Part shown: positions 28,928-37,681 of the stretch, one piece after another
Position numbering within the stretch: position 1 is the first letter of the stretch
How the letters are laid out: each line of letters starts with the position of its first letter
Source: Syntrophorhabdaceae bacterium
Lineage (GTDB): Bacteria; Desulfobacterota; Syntrophorhabdia; Syntrophorhabdales; Syntrophorhabdaceae
Length of the DNA: 64,000 nucleotides
Assembly (NCBI GenBank): GCA_963665295.1
Contig: OY762209.1
Location: 160,001-224,000, forward strand
Direction of reading: 5' to 3'
Program-made: the position numbers and the translations under genes
The notes under the pieces: generated by a model
What the model was told of the DNA's origin: nothing
Database searches by the model: none
Seen by the model: the letters and a program-made list of their open reading frames with translations, nothing else

Positions 28928-29926
28928 ATGGCACGAGCAGATTTACTTTTGAGCCTTGTGCGAGCAGGAACGAAAGGTGATCAAGCATCATTTCGCAAGG
29001 TCGTCGAAGCTCTCGTCGCTGAGGAAAGATCCAAACAACATCAGGTTTTGGCAGATCGCCTCGCGTCCTATCTTGTGCAAAATGGTGGACCAAGCCCGAC
29101 ACTGGCCGGAGGTTTGAAAAATGGTCAAGCGATGGAGCTGTTTTATGAGATCGAGCCTCGACGCTACCTCCGGGATCTTATTTTAACCACTTCCGTGGAG
29201 TCGGCTTGCAACGAACTTGTCGAAGAACAGGCGCGCTCTGATCTTCTGCGTGCCCACAATCTGGAACCACGTCACCGAGTGCTTCTTACGGGCCCCCCGG
29301 GAAACGGAAAGACATCCTTGGCAGAAGCGTTGGCAGCCGAGTTAGCCATCTCGCTCCTTGTTGTGAGATACGAGGGGGTGATTGCGAGCTATCTTGGAGA
29401 AACCGCGGTCAGGCTCTCTAAACTTTTTGAGCAAGTTAGGTCGCGGCGATGCGTCTTATTTCTTGACGAGTTCGATGTCGTCGGAAAAGAGCGCGGAGAT
29501 ATACATGAAACGGGCGAGATCAAAAGGGTGGTGAGTTCTCTTCTCCTTCAGGTGGACGCACTGCCTTCGTATGTTGTCGTTGTGACAGCCACGAACCACC
29601 CAGAATTGCTGGACCGCGCCGTTTGGCGGAGGTTTCAGTTACGTCTGCAACTTTCTCTCCCCTCGCAGACTCAGGTTGAAGAGTGGTTTAGACGGTTTGG
29701 AGAACGCCTTGGCGTCGATATTGGATATCCCCCAGGTGTCTTGGCCAAACGATTGAAGGGGCTAAGTTTTTCGGAGATAGAACAGTTTGGCCTTGACGTG
29801 CAGCGACAGTATGTTCTTTCCCTTCCAGAAGGCAATATCCGGCGGATAATTGGCGAACGTCTGGCGCAGTGGGGTGAACGCTACACACTGCCCCGAGTGA
29901 AGAAACGAGAGGATATTAATGCCTGA
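28928..29926 (+). CDS. ietA: AAA+ ATPase, IetA-like
   Basis: GPPGNGKT, LFLDEFD, GEIKRVVSSLL, ATNHPELLDRAVWRRF; overlaps an S8 peptidase gene. Confidence 0.85.
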   Translation: MARADLLLSLVRAGTKGDQASFRKVVEALVAEERSKQHQVLADRLASYLVQNGGPSPTLAGGLKNGQAMELFYEIEPRRYLRDLILTTSVESACNELVEEQARSDLLRAHNLEPRHRVLLTGPPGNGKTSLAEALAAELAISLLVVRYEGVIASYLGETAVRLSKLFEQVRSRRCVLFLDEFDVVGKERGDIHETGEIKRVVSSLLLQVDALPSYVVVVTATNHPELLDRAVWRRFQLRLQLSLPSQTQVEEWFRRFGERLGVDIGYPPGVLAKRLKGLSFSEIEQFGLDVQRQYVLSLPEGNIRRIIGERLAQWGERYTLPRVKKREDINA

Positions 29927-32507
29927 AAGACCGCTCCTAATCCTTCCCGCTCCAGGGCCCTCCCTTCGTCCCAAAAAGCCTGCCTACAGCCCCCCTCCCC
30001 ATCTGCCATCGCGACTTAGACAGACAGAACGGCTCCACCCGCAATTTACATCGCTCCAAAGAACCTTCGATGCCCGTAGGTTGCGTATTCGTACTGAGGC
30101 AGCAGGACTGTCGCCTGAAGAGGTTGTTGTGCTTGAAACTATTGGTCCTGTTCCGGACTTTGTTGTTGCTGTTAGAAACACCCCCGGTCTTGAATGGTTG
30201 GGCGAAATTGAAGAAGAGGATATACCGCCCGATGACGATTTCTTCATCGTGCATGACGGGATCCCACAGCGCGATAAACTACTTCGCGGACGTTTATTCT
30301 TAGTTTTTTCGAATCATCAGGCCCTTCAGCAGATGCTCTCGTTGTGGGATTCATGGCGACACGAACGCACTCTCCCGCACGGTCGTGGCAAATGGGCGCA
30401 ATTGTTTTCCCAACTGCGAGACGTCCGGCCTTGGGGAGCCCACGATCGTTTGGAAGAGACAGGTGTCCTTGTGGACTGGCAAGAACGTGTGTTGCACAAT
30501 GAGGAGACCATCCCGTGTGAAATTGAACTCTGGTTCCATGGGGGTGCCCAGCGTCGCCTGGCTGCTCAAGCCCGCGTTGCTTCTCTGGTGTCTGTTCTCC
30601 AAGGACAAGTTCTACATGATGCAGTTGTAGACGAGATCTCTTATCACGCGCTGTTGGTGCGTCTTCCGGTGGCTGCAGTACGGGAAATCCTTGACCGAGC
30701 AAATCGAGATACCGCATTGGTTCAGTGCGAGCAGATTCAATTTTTCCGGGCAACCGGTCAGATGGCCATTGCCATCCCAGATGATACGCGCGCGCCAGAT
30801 ACGGGGACGTTTCCGACTGCTCCCGAAGACCTCGGTGCTCCAGTCATCGCGCTTTTTGATGGGCTTCCGCTACAGAACCACCGTCGTCTTGCAGGCAGAT
30901 TAATAGTGGACGATCCTGACGCCTTCGAGCAGGAGTACCCAGCATCGGAGCGTCGACATGGGACCGCAATGGCTTCGCTTATCCTTCACGGAGATATTAA
31001 TGCAAACGAAAGCGCGTTGGGTCGCCAACTATATGTACGTCCGATTCTGAAGCCAGATCCAAAAGACTGGCGACTGCCCCGACAGGAGACTGTCCCTGAG
31101 GACAAGTTGACAGTAGATCTGTTGCATCGTGCAGTTAGGCGGCTGTTCGAAAGCGAAGGCTCTGAACCGCCTGCGGCCCCGCAGGTATGCGTCGTTAATT
31201 TGTCTATTGGTATAATGGACCGGCTGTTTGATGGCACTTTGAGCCCACTTGCGCGTCTACTGGACTGGCTGTCGTGGAAGTACAGTGTTCTTTTTATAGT
31301 CAGTGCGGGGAACCACGCTCGTGAGATCACTCTGAGTCTCTCAAGGGGACAGTTTGCGACATTACAACCTCAAGACATTCAGGCCCATGTTATCCGTGCC
31401 ATAGCAGCGGATGCTCGCCACCGTCGACTCCTCTCACCTGCCGAGGCGGTGAATGTGATCACGGTGGCCGCAACGCATCATGACGCTTCAACTGGTTCTC
31501 CCGTGCCGCGCTCCATCGAACCATTTATAGTTCAAGGCCTGCCGAGCATCATCAATGCGCAGGGAATGGGCTATAGGCGCGCAATTAAGCCGGACATTTT
31601 ACTGTCAGGCGGTCGTGTTGTACTTCTTGATAGCCTTCGGACGGTTAGCGATGCTGCGTTTTCCATTTACCCCGGAGGGTTGGGTCCGGGACAACGCGTA
31701 GCTTGCCCGGGTGCAACCCCTGGTGACTTAGGCTCGTTATTCTATACACGCGGCACAAGCAACGCCACAGCACTGGCAAGCCGAGCTTCTTCTCAACTTT
31801 ACGACCTTCTTGAGGACTTAGGAGGACAACCAGGGGGCGCCCTAATTGATGAAGTACCTCGTGCCGTGTGGCTTAAGGCATTGCTTGTGCACGCGGCAAG
31901 CTGGGGTAACGCCGGTTCCGTCTTGAGGCAAATTCTTCACACGCGGCAAAACAGCCGGAAGTTCAAAGAGTATGTGACCCGTCTTCTTGGTTATGGGATC
32001 GTCAACCCGATGCGGGTTAACGAGTGCACACCGTTCCGAGTAACCGCACTCGGGGGCGGCAAACTTCGGGTTGATCAGGCACATGTGCATCGAATGCCAC
32101 TCCCACCTTCATTGAGCGCAAGGCGATGTTGGCGACGGTTAGTCATAACTCTAGCATGGCTATCACCCGTCAACCCCGCTCATCAGGCATGGCGACGGGC
32201 CGCACTTTCGCTCAGTCCGCCAAAACAGCCACTTGCCGTGGACCGAAAGGAAGCGGACGGGCGAGCTGTGCAACGAGGCACCGTGCAGCATGAAGTCCTG
32301 GAAGGGGATCGGGCTTCAGCCTTTGTTGACGGTGATGCTCTTGAGGTACTTGTCAGTTGCCGTTCAGATGCGGGGACCCTTGAGGAGGCTGTGCCTTATT
32401 CGCTTGCTCTAACGCTTGAGATCGCGGAGGAAGTAGGGGTTGACATTTACAACGAGGTGCGCATACGGGTTCAACCAACCCGAATTGAGATTGCAGCATC
32501 TGAGTGA
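29919..32507 (+). CDS. ietS: S8 subtilisin-like peptidase, IetS-like
   Basis: Triad motifs IALFDG, RHGTAMAS, GTSNAT; VSAGN, IKPD; no signal peptide. Confidence 0.85.
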   Translation: MPERPLLILPAPGPSLRPKKPAYSPPPHLPSRLRQTERLHPQFTSLQRTFDARRLRIRTEAAGLSPEEVVVLETIGPVPDFVVAVRNTPGLEWLGEIEEEDIPPDDDFFIVHDGIPQRDKLLRGRLFLVFSNHQALQQMLSLWDSWRHERTLPHGRGKWAQLFSQLRDVRPWGAHDRLEETGVLVDWQERVLHNEETIPCEIELWFHGGAQRRLAAQARVASLVSVLQGQVLHDAVVDEISYHALLVRLPVAAVREILDRANRDTALVQCEQIQFFRATGQMAIAIPDDTRAPDTGTFPTAPEDLGAPVIALFDGLPLQNHRRLAGRLIVDDPDAFEQEYPASERRHGTAMASLILHGDINANESALGRQLYVRPILKPDPKDWRLPRQETVPEDKLTVDLLHRAVRRLFESEGSEPPAAPQVCVVNLSIGIMDRLFDGTLSPLARLLDWLSWKYSVLFIVSAGNHAREITLSLSRGQFATLQPQDIQAHVIRAIAADARHRRLLSPAEAVNVITVAATHHDASTGSPVPRSIEPFIVQGLPSIINAQGMGYRRAIKPDILLSGGRVVLLDSLRTVSDAAFSIYPGGLGPGQRVACPGATPGDLGSLFYTRGTSNATALASRASSQLYDLLEDLGGQPGGALIDEVPRAVWLKALLVHAASWGNAGSVLRQILHTRQNSRKFKEYVTRLLGYGIVNPMRVNECTPFRVTALGGGKLRVDQAHVHRMPLPPSLSARRCWRRLVITLAWLSPVNPAHQAWRRAALSLSPPKQPLAVDRKEADGRAVQRGTVQHEVLEGDRASAFVDGDALEVLVSCRSDAGTLEEAVPYSLALTLEIAEEVGVDIYNEVRIRVQPTRIEIAASE

Positions 32508-32543
32508 TTGCTCTCTTCCTCACTCACAGCAACGTGCGATCAA

Positions 32544-32699
32544 TGAGGTAAACTGACTCCCCTGGTCGGTGTTGAAGATGTCTGGCGTTCCATAGTTCCG
32601 TAATGCTTCCTCAAGGGCCTCGATGCAGAATGAGGCATCCAGGGTATTCGACAATCTGAAGGAGAGTACCTTTCTGCTTACCCAGTCCATAATAGCCAG
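32544..32699 (-). mobile_element. IS3-family transposase fragment (rve core)
   Basis: LAIMDWVSRKVLSFRLSNTLDASFCIEALEEAL...IFNTDQGSQFTS; truncated on both sides. Confidence 0.88.
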
Positions 32700-32973
32700 G
32701 GCACCAGGGGACGTTCGTGACAAATGGACATTTCATCTTTCTTCCTGAACTTCCCCTTGAAGCCTGGTTATCACCCTTTGACGCGAGACAGATGCCCGAC
32801 GACCGCTCGCGATGGTTGGGCTCTTTCACAGCCCGGGGGCACTAGGGGACGTTCGTGACAAATGGACATTTCATCTTTTTTCCTGAACTTCCCCTTGAAG
32901 TCTGGTTATCACCCTTTGACGCGAGACAGATGCCCGACGACCGCTCGCGATGGTTGGGCTCTTTCACAGCCCG
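32699..32973 (+). repeat. Near-perfect tandem duplication, period 138 bp
   Basis: GGGCAC.AGGGGACGTTCGTGACAAATGGACA...CTTTCACAGCCCG at 32699 and 32837. Confidence 0.93.
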
Positions 32974-33010
32974 TATGTCCTACGTCAAGGGCTGACCCCT
33001 ATGTTCTTTC
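32843..33010. mobile_element. MITE/REPIN-like unit bounded by TAGGGG...CCCCTA; includes the right copy of the 83-bp repeat
   Basis: Imperfect inverted ends AGGGGACGTTCGTGACAAATGGACA and (reverse complement) AGGGGTCAGCCCTTGACGTAGGACA. Confidence 0.5.
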
Positions 33011-35253
33011 CTTATGGATTTGAGTATTTCCTGAGTACGCCTCACGCCGTCCTGGTAGTCCGGGGTGCCCGGCAGCACGAGGTCAAGGCGTTGCCAGATG
33101 AGCAAAGCTTCATCATACGCCTCTTCAGCCTCTGTGAGGCTGCCCTGGATGCGGGCTATGTCGCCTACTTTATTGAGGGATATGCTCATGTCGCGGAGGG
33201 CTTCGGGGGTGTCGCCTGTCTTGTCCCTGATGTCGCGAGCAATCTTCAAACTGTCCCGGTAGGCCTCTTCAGCCGCTGTGAGGTTGCCTTGGGCGCGGGC
33301 TATGTCGCCTACGTTGTCGAGAAATACGCTAATGTCGCGGAGGGCTTGGGGGGTGTCGCCTGTCTTGTCCCTGATGTCGCGAGCAATCTTCAAACTCTCC
33401 CGGTAGGCCTCTTCAGCCGCTGTGAGGTTGCCTTGGGCTTGGGCTATGTCGCCTACTTTATTGAGGGATATGCTCATGTCGCGGAGAGCTTCGGGGGTGT
33501 CGCCTGTCTTGTCCCTGATGTCGCGAGCAATCTTCAAACTCTCCCGGTAGGCCTCTTCAGCCGCTGTGAGGTTGCCTTGGGCTTCGGCTATATCGCCTAC
33601 TTTATTGAGGGATACGCTCATGTCGCGGAGGGCTTGGGGGGTGTCGCCTGTCTTGTCCCTGATGTCGCGAGCAATCTTCAAACTCTCCCGGTAGGCCTCT
33701 TCAGCCGCTGTGAGGTTGCCTTGGGCTTCGGCTATATCGCCTACTTTATTGAGGGATACGCTCATGTCGCGGAGGGCTTCAGGGGTATCGCCTGTCTTGT
33801 CTCTGATGTCGCGACGTATGTTCAGACTCTCCCGGTAGGCCTCTTCAGCCGCTGTGAGGTTGCCTTGGGCTTCGGCTATATCGCCTACTTTATTGAGGGA
33901 TACGCTCATGTCGCGGAGGGCTTCGGGGGTGTCGCCTGTCTTATCCCTGATGTCGCGAGCAATCTTCAAACTCTCCCGGTAGGCCTCTTCAGCCTCTGTG
34001 AGGTTGCCCTGGGCACGGGCTATGTCACCTACTCTGTTGAGCGATATGCTCATGTAGCGGAGGGCTTCAGGGGTGTCGCCTGTCTTGTCCCTGATGTCGC
34101 GAGCAATCTTCAAACTCTCCCGGTAGGCCTCTTCAGCCGCTGTGAGGTTGCCTTGGGCTTGGGCTATGTCGCCTACTTTATTGAGGTATACGCTCATGTC
34201 GCGGAGGGCTTGGGGGGTGTCGCCTGTCTTGTCCCTGATGTCGCGAGCAATCTTCAAACTCTCCCGGTAGGCCTCTTCAGCCGCTGTGAGGTTGCCTTGG
34301 GCTTCGGCTATATCGCCTACTTTATTGAGGGATACGCTCATGTCGCGGAGGGCTTCAGGGGTATCGCCTGTCTTGTCTCTGATGTCGCGACGTATGTTCA
34401 GACTCTCCCGGTAGGCATCTTCAGCGGCTGTGAGGTTGCCCTGGGCTTGGGCTATGTAGCCTACTCTGTCGAGGGATATGCTCATGTCGCGGAGTGAACC
34501 ATTGTCTCCTGTTTCCGCAAGAGCTTTTGAGAGGACACGGAGATCTTTTGCGATCTCCTCCGCCAAGGAGAGTCTCCTGAGGCTGAGCGCCGCGTCAAAG
34601 GCCTGAACCCCTGCAATCAGCGCCTCGCGGCCCTTCTGCTTCCTCTTTCTCAGTCGTTCCCATTCTTTGATCCGGCCATCGTAGAATTTCAGGAAAGATG
34701 GGTCCGTTGTATTTATTGGAACGGGAGGGCGTTCATCGGTGCCCGTCGCGGCGTGTTCGTCCTCAATCCCGCCCATGTCGATGCTCAGGTTGCGTATGGA
34801 CCACATATCGGGGGCAAGGTCCCGGACCCGCGCCTGTGAACCTGAGGGAAGGACGAGAATCAACGGCCTTTTTGCGTGGCTCCGCACCAGTTCCCGGTGT
34901 TCATTGAGGCGCATGAGGATGTTGTCCCGCGCCTCCTGCCAGCGGCCTTCCCTGTCATTACTATAGAGTTCGATCCACAGGGGCGCCTGCATATGGTCCA
35001 ATACCCTGTCGGGGTTCCGAAAAAGATCCATTATTACTTCGACAGCGGATTCGGGGGATGAAGGCGTCATGGTCTGCAAGTGGGACATCTTTGCTCTTGC
35101 GAGGTTGGCAAGCCGTTCTCTGAAAACGTCCACAACGCGGTTTGCCGACGAAAAAAGAAAGATAAGGCCAAAGCCCTCCACCCAGTCCACGTGGTAGCGG
35201 AGCTCAAGCCAGGCCTTTTCCCCGTCTGCGGTGAGTCTAGGAGGCGGTGTCAT
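32980..35253 (-). CDS. TPR-repeat protein: N-terminal alpha/beta domain plus ~10 near-identical 48-aa repeats
   Basis: LNEHRELV..RPLILVLP..APDMWSIR domain, then repeats of ALRDMSVSLNKVGDIAEAQGNLTAAEEAYRESLKIARDIRDKTGDTP. Confidence 0.88.
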   Translation of the reverse strand: MTPPPRLTADGEKAWLELRYHVDWVEGFGLIFLFSSANRVVDVFRERLANLARAKMSHLQTMTPSSPESAVEVIMDLFRNPDRVLDHMQAPLWIELYSNDREGRWQEARDNILMRLNEHRELVRSHAKRPLILVLPSGSQARVRDLAPDMWSIRNLSIDMGGIEDEHAATGTDERPPVPINTTDPSFLKFYDGRIKEWERLRKRKQKGREALIAGVQAFDAALSLRRLSLAEEIAKDLRVLSKALAETGDNGSLRDMSISLDRVGYIAQAQGNLTAAEDAYRESLNIRRDIRDKTGDTPEALRDMSVSLNKVGDIAEAQGNLTAAEEAYRESLKIARDIRDKTGDTPQALRDMSVYLNKVGDIAQAQGNLTAAEEAYRESLKIARDIRDKTGDTPEALRYMSISLNRVGDIARAQGNLTEAEEAYRESLKIARDIRDKTGDTPEALRDMSVSLNKVGDIAEAQGNLTAAEEAYRESLNIRRDIRDKTGDTPEALRDMSVSLNKVGDIAEAQGNLTAAEEAYRESLKIARDIRDKTGDTPQALRDMSVSLNKVGDIAEAQGNLTAAEEAYRESLKIARDIRDKTGDTPEALRDMSISLNKVGDIAQAQGNLTAAEEAYRESLKIARDIRDKTGDTPQALRDISVFLDNVGDIARAQGNLTAAEEAYRDSLKIARDIRDKTGDTPEALRDMSISLNKVGDIARIQGSLTEAEEAYDEALLIWQRLDLVLPGTPDYQDGVRRTQEILKSIRKEHRGQPLT
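33111..34494. repeat. 144-bp intragenic tandem repeat array (9 full copies plus 1 partial)
   Basis: Variants of TATGCTCATGTCGCGGAG recur every 144 bp from 33181 to 34477. Confidence 0.95.
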
Positions 35254-36562
35254 CCATGGTTTCCAGTTCGGATTGTATGAGAGGGTGAACGTCGTACCAG
35301 TCGTCGTCGTTTCTATAGTTCAGGACAAGGTGGGTGTCGAAAAACCGGGCAAGACGCGGCAATTCCCTTATTGCTTCCAGGTTCGGGCGTTTGCTGCACG
35401 CGATACCCCGAAGCCACTTCATGTCCTCCCTCGCAATGGGAAGCATATCGCGCCGCATCTGGTTTTCCGCGTCCCTCACGATCTTTTCCGTTACCCGTAG
35501 CTGGTCATCGATAGTGGCCTTTATGAGGCATTCCTTCACCATACGGAAAAAGTCTCTCAGGTCTCCCCCTGTCTTGGCTGCTATATCGTTTATCTGCGCC
35601 TCTGAAAAGAAATCATCCCATTTTTCAAAGCGCTTGCCGATAATGTCGCGCATGATCTCCAGACCCGCCGGATCATCCACGCATTGATTGGTATCAGGAT
35701 CCCTTCTCCTTATATGCACGCTCGGCAGATTGCATACGGTGCCGCCGCCGAGGCGCCGCCCCAGCCCGGGAGTTATAGGGGTAAGGTACGGAGGGATGGT
35801 ATAAACCACGTGAAGCAAGGGGAGATGCAGCTTGTCCGAATGACCGGAAAAAAGGTTCTCCACGCTCTTGTACACGTTCTCCGCATCGGCTCCGACGCCC
35901 TGGATCTGTTCCACGGAATCGACCAGAAGGACCACTTTCTTATCCTCGTCATTCTCCCGCCCCCTTATCGCCTCAACCACGGATGCGGCAAATTTGTGAG
36001 CCTCCTCCGTAAGGCGCGCCACATGCCCCTTGGACTTTTCCTGGAGGAGTCTCCTGAAACTGGGATCATCCTTGAGCGATGCCTTTATGTCGGCCTTGAA
36101 GACGCCAGGGGCGGTTTCAAGTTTGATCTGGTCGATGGAAACCTCCGTCTTCAGAAAATTCCTGAGCCTGTCCCAGTAGCTCTCGTGGGCAGGATCATAG
36201 CCGAACCGGGCGCTGAATTCGTCGCTCAAGGCCCCCATGACGGACACGAAAAAGTCCGATATATCGACGGAGGTGTTCAGGTTCATATAGTCGCGCATAT
36301 CGCACAAGAAAACGATGCAGCCGTTGCCTTCGAGCATCTTTTTCAGTCGCCTGAGCTCGGTGCTCTTGCCGCTGCCGCGCTGACCGGTGAGGAGGTTCAC
36401 GCTTGCCGCGTCACTCCAGTCTATCTTTTGGAAGAGGTTCTTAATCGGGTCGCCCGGGGCCTGTTCGAGGAAGGGCACATAATATTTGTCGCCCGGTTCC
36501 AGGGGCCGGTCGTTCAGGTTATTGTAAAACTGTTTCATGCGGTTCCGGATGTCATTGTCCAT
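35237..36562 (-). CDS. P-loop NTPase (STAND/AAA-like)
   Basis: GQRGSGKSTEL Walker A, VLLVDSVE Walker B, TGGDLRD, WYDVHPL; overlaps the TPR gene start. Confidence 0.85.
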   Translation of the reverse strand: MDNDIRNRMKQFYNNLNDRPLEPGDKYYVPFLEQAPGDPIKNLFQKIDWSDAASVNLLTGQRGSGKSTELRRLKKMLEGNGCIVFLCDMRDYMNLNTSVDISDFFVSVMGALSDEFSARFGYDPAHESYWDRLRNFLKTEVSIDQIKLETAPGVFKADIKASLKDDPSFRRLLQEKSKGHVARLTEEAHKFAASVVEAIRGRENDEDKKVVLLVDSVEQIQGVGADAENVYKSVENLFSGHSDKLHLPLLHVVYTIPPYLTPITPGLGRRLGGGTVCNLPSVHIRRRDPDTNQCVDDPAGLEIMRDIIGKRFEKWDDFFSEAQINDIAAKTGGDLRDFFRMVKECLIKATIDDQLRVTEKIVRDAENQMRRDMLPIAREDMKWLRGIACSKRPNLEAIRELPRLARFFDTHLVLNYRNDDDWYDVHPLIQSELETMDDTAS

Positions 36563-36677
36563 TATTTCTTCCCCTTTCCGGCAATGCGACACCTGTTCAT
36601 TAATGAAGAATAAAGAATGATCCCACGATTTTCAAGAAGATTATATTCAGAGTGACGGTCGTTGCGTAGTGCCGGGG

Positions 36678-36745
36678 CGGGGAGCGACCGGAAGGAACCC
36701 TCCCCGAAGCCCTCTCCCTCCCACCGGCAGGACATGTGCCGGAAA
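36678..36745 (+). repeat. Degenerate ~68-bp direct repeat, copy 1
   Basis: CGGGGAGCGACCGGAA..CCCTCCCCGA...CAGGAC...CGGAAA, matching 37532-37600; internal hairpin CGGGGAG/CTCCCCG. Confidence 0.8.
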
Positions 36746-36785
36746 GGGTTCTTTGTTCCATGGAGCCGACACATCTCTTATATAC

Positions 36786-37181
36786 TCACCAGAACCGGAG
36801 CGGGATGACCTTTGAAATTGCATTAAAGTCGTTATCATTGTGAAGGAGCATAAGATCGTGCTCCAGGGCGGTCTGCGCGATGAGACAATCGATTGTGCTC
36901 CTCACAGTGATTCCCTTCCTACGGCATTCCATGTAAAGTCTTGCTGCCTCCGCGAAGGAATCAACAGGGTCCTTCAGGTGATAGAAGTGCTGTGAGGACA
37001 AATAGCGTCTGAGAAGGGAGAATTCTCTCTCCGAAGCGGCCCCTTGAAGCACCTCTTGCAGGATAAAGGAGGTTATTCCGAAGGGTATCTTTCGTTCCAG
37101 GATGTCCTGGAGTTTCAGGCCGCCTTCGCTTTTTGAACCCTTCAAGAAGTCAATGAGAACCGAGGTATCGACAAGAATCAT
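36786..37181 (-). CDS. vapC: VapC PIN-domain toxin
   Basis: MILVDTSVLID, QEVLQG, STIDCLIA, HNDNDF. Confidence 0.93.
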   Translation of the reverse strand: MILVDTSVLIDFLKGSKSEGGLKLQDILERKIPFGITSFILQEVLQGAASEREFSLLRRYLSSQHFYHLKDPVDSFAEAARLYMECRRKGITVRSTIDCLIAQTALEHDLMLLHNDNDFNAISKVIPLRFW

Positions 37182-37378
37182 CTTCCTTCACGTAGAGCCT
37201 TATAATCGTAGTTCGCGGCAAACTCAACCTTACCTGCAAGGTCAAGCAGGTTGAGACGCTTACGGTTTTCAACGAATTCCTTCAGCGCTTCATGGACAAG
37301 CTCTTTCTTTGTCGTTGCGTTGCTGAGTTTTAAGGCCTCAGCCACCAGGGCATCATCAAGGACTATGTTTGTTCTCAT
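37178..37378 (-). CDS. vapB: VapB antitoxin
   Basis: MRTNIVLDDAL..TKKELVHEAL; RBS GGAGG; ATGA overlap with vapC. Confidence 0.92.
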   Translation of the reverse strand: MRTNIVLDDALVAEALKLSNATTKKELVHEALKEFVENRKRLNLLDLAGKVEFAANYDYKALREGR

Positions 37379-37394
37379 TATACACCTCCATGTA

Positions 37395-37429
37395 TGTATA
37401 GCTATACACCCGGAAGGGGAGTCTGTCAA
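37395..37429 (-). promoter_or_regulatory. vapBC promoter with palindromic operator
   Basis: TTGACA-N17-TATAGC; perfect palindrome TGTATAGCTATACA (37395-37408) over the -10. Confidence 0.65.
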
Positions 37430-37531
37430 GATCGCATGACGCTGCGCCTCTCAGGTCTCCTTCGTCGAGCCTCACTGCACGCTCAAGCATCGAGAGAGGC
37501 GGAATTGAGCAAAGGGTCACATTTAAGCGCA

Positions 37532-37600
37532 CGGGGAGCGACCGGAACCCTCCCCGACCGGCCTTTCCCTCTCCCCCGCCGACAGGACGTACATCGGAAA
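37532..37600 (+). repeat. Degenerate ~68-bp direct repeat, copy 2
   Basis: Matches 36678-36745. Confidence 0.8.
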
Positions 37601-37681
37601 AGCTGAATGATACCGGGGCGCGCCGCGTGCCCTCGCGTCAAAATCCTTGACAGATGCTTCGAGGCGGTGTAAAAGAGACCA

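Noticed and set aside
32520..32829. Functional IS3 element or the 67/72-aa ORFs as real genes
   Set aside because: Only ~52 codons of the rve core, with starts supplied by repeat sequence.
27643..33010. CRISPR array in the 57-bp and 138-bp repeats
   Set aside because: Adjacent tandem duplications without unique spacers; no cas genes.
33111..34494. Diversity-generating retroelement
   Set aside because: No reverse transcriptase or template/variable repeat pair; variation is not adenine-restricted.
32950..34497. 515-aa plus-strand repeat ORF
   Set aside because: Antisense shadow of the TPR repeat array; the minus frame has a coherent TPR pattern and operon coupling.
27600..37600. Classical integron
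   Set aside because: No intI in the window and no convincing RYYYAAC...GTTRRRY attC structures seen.
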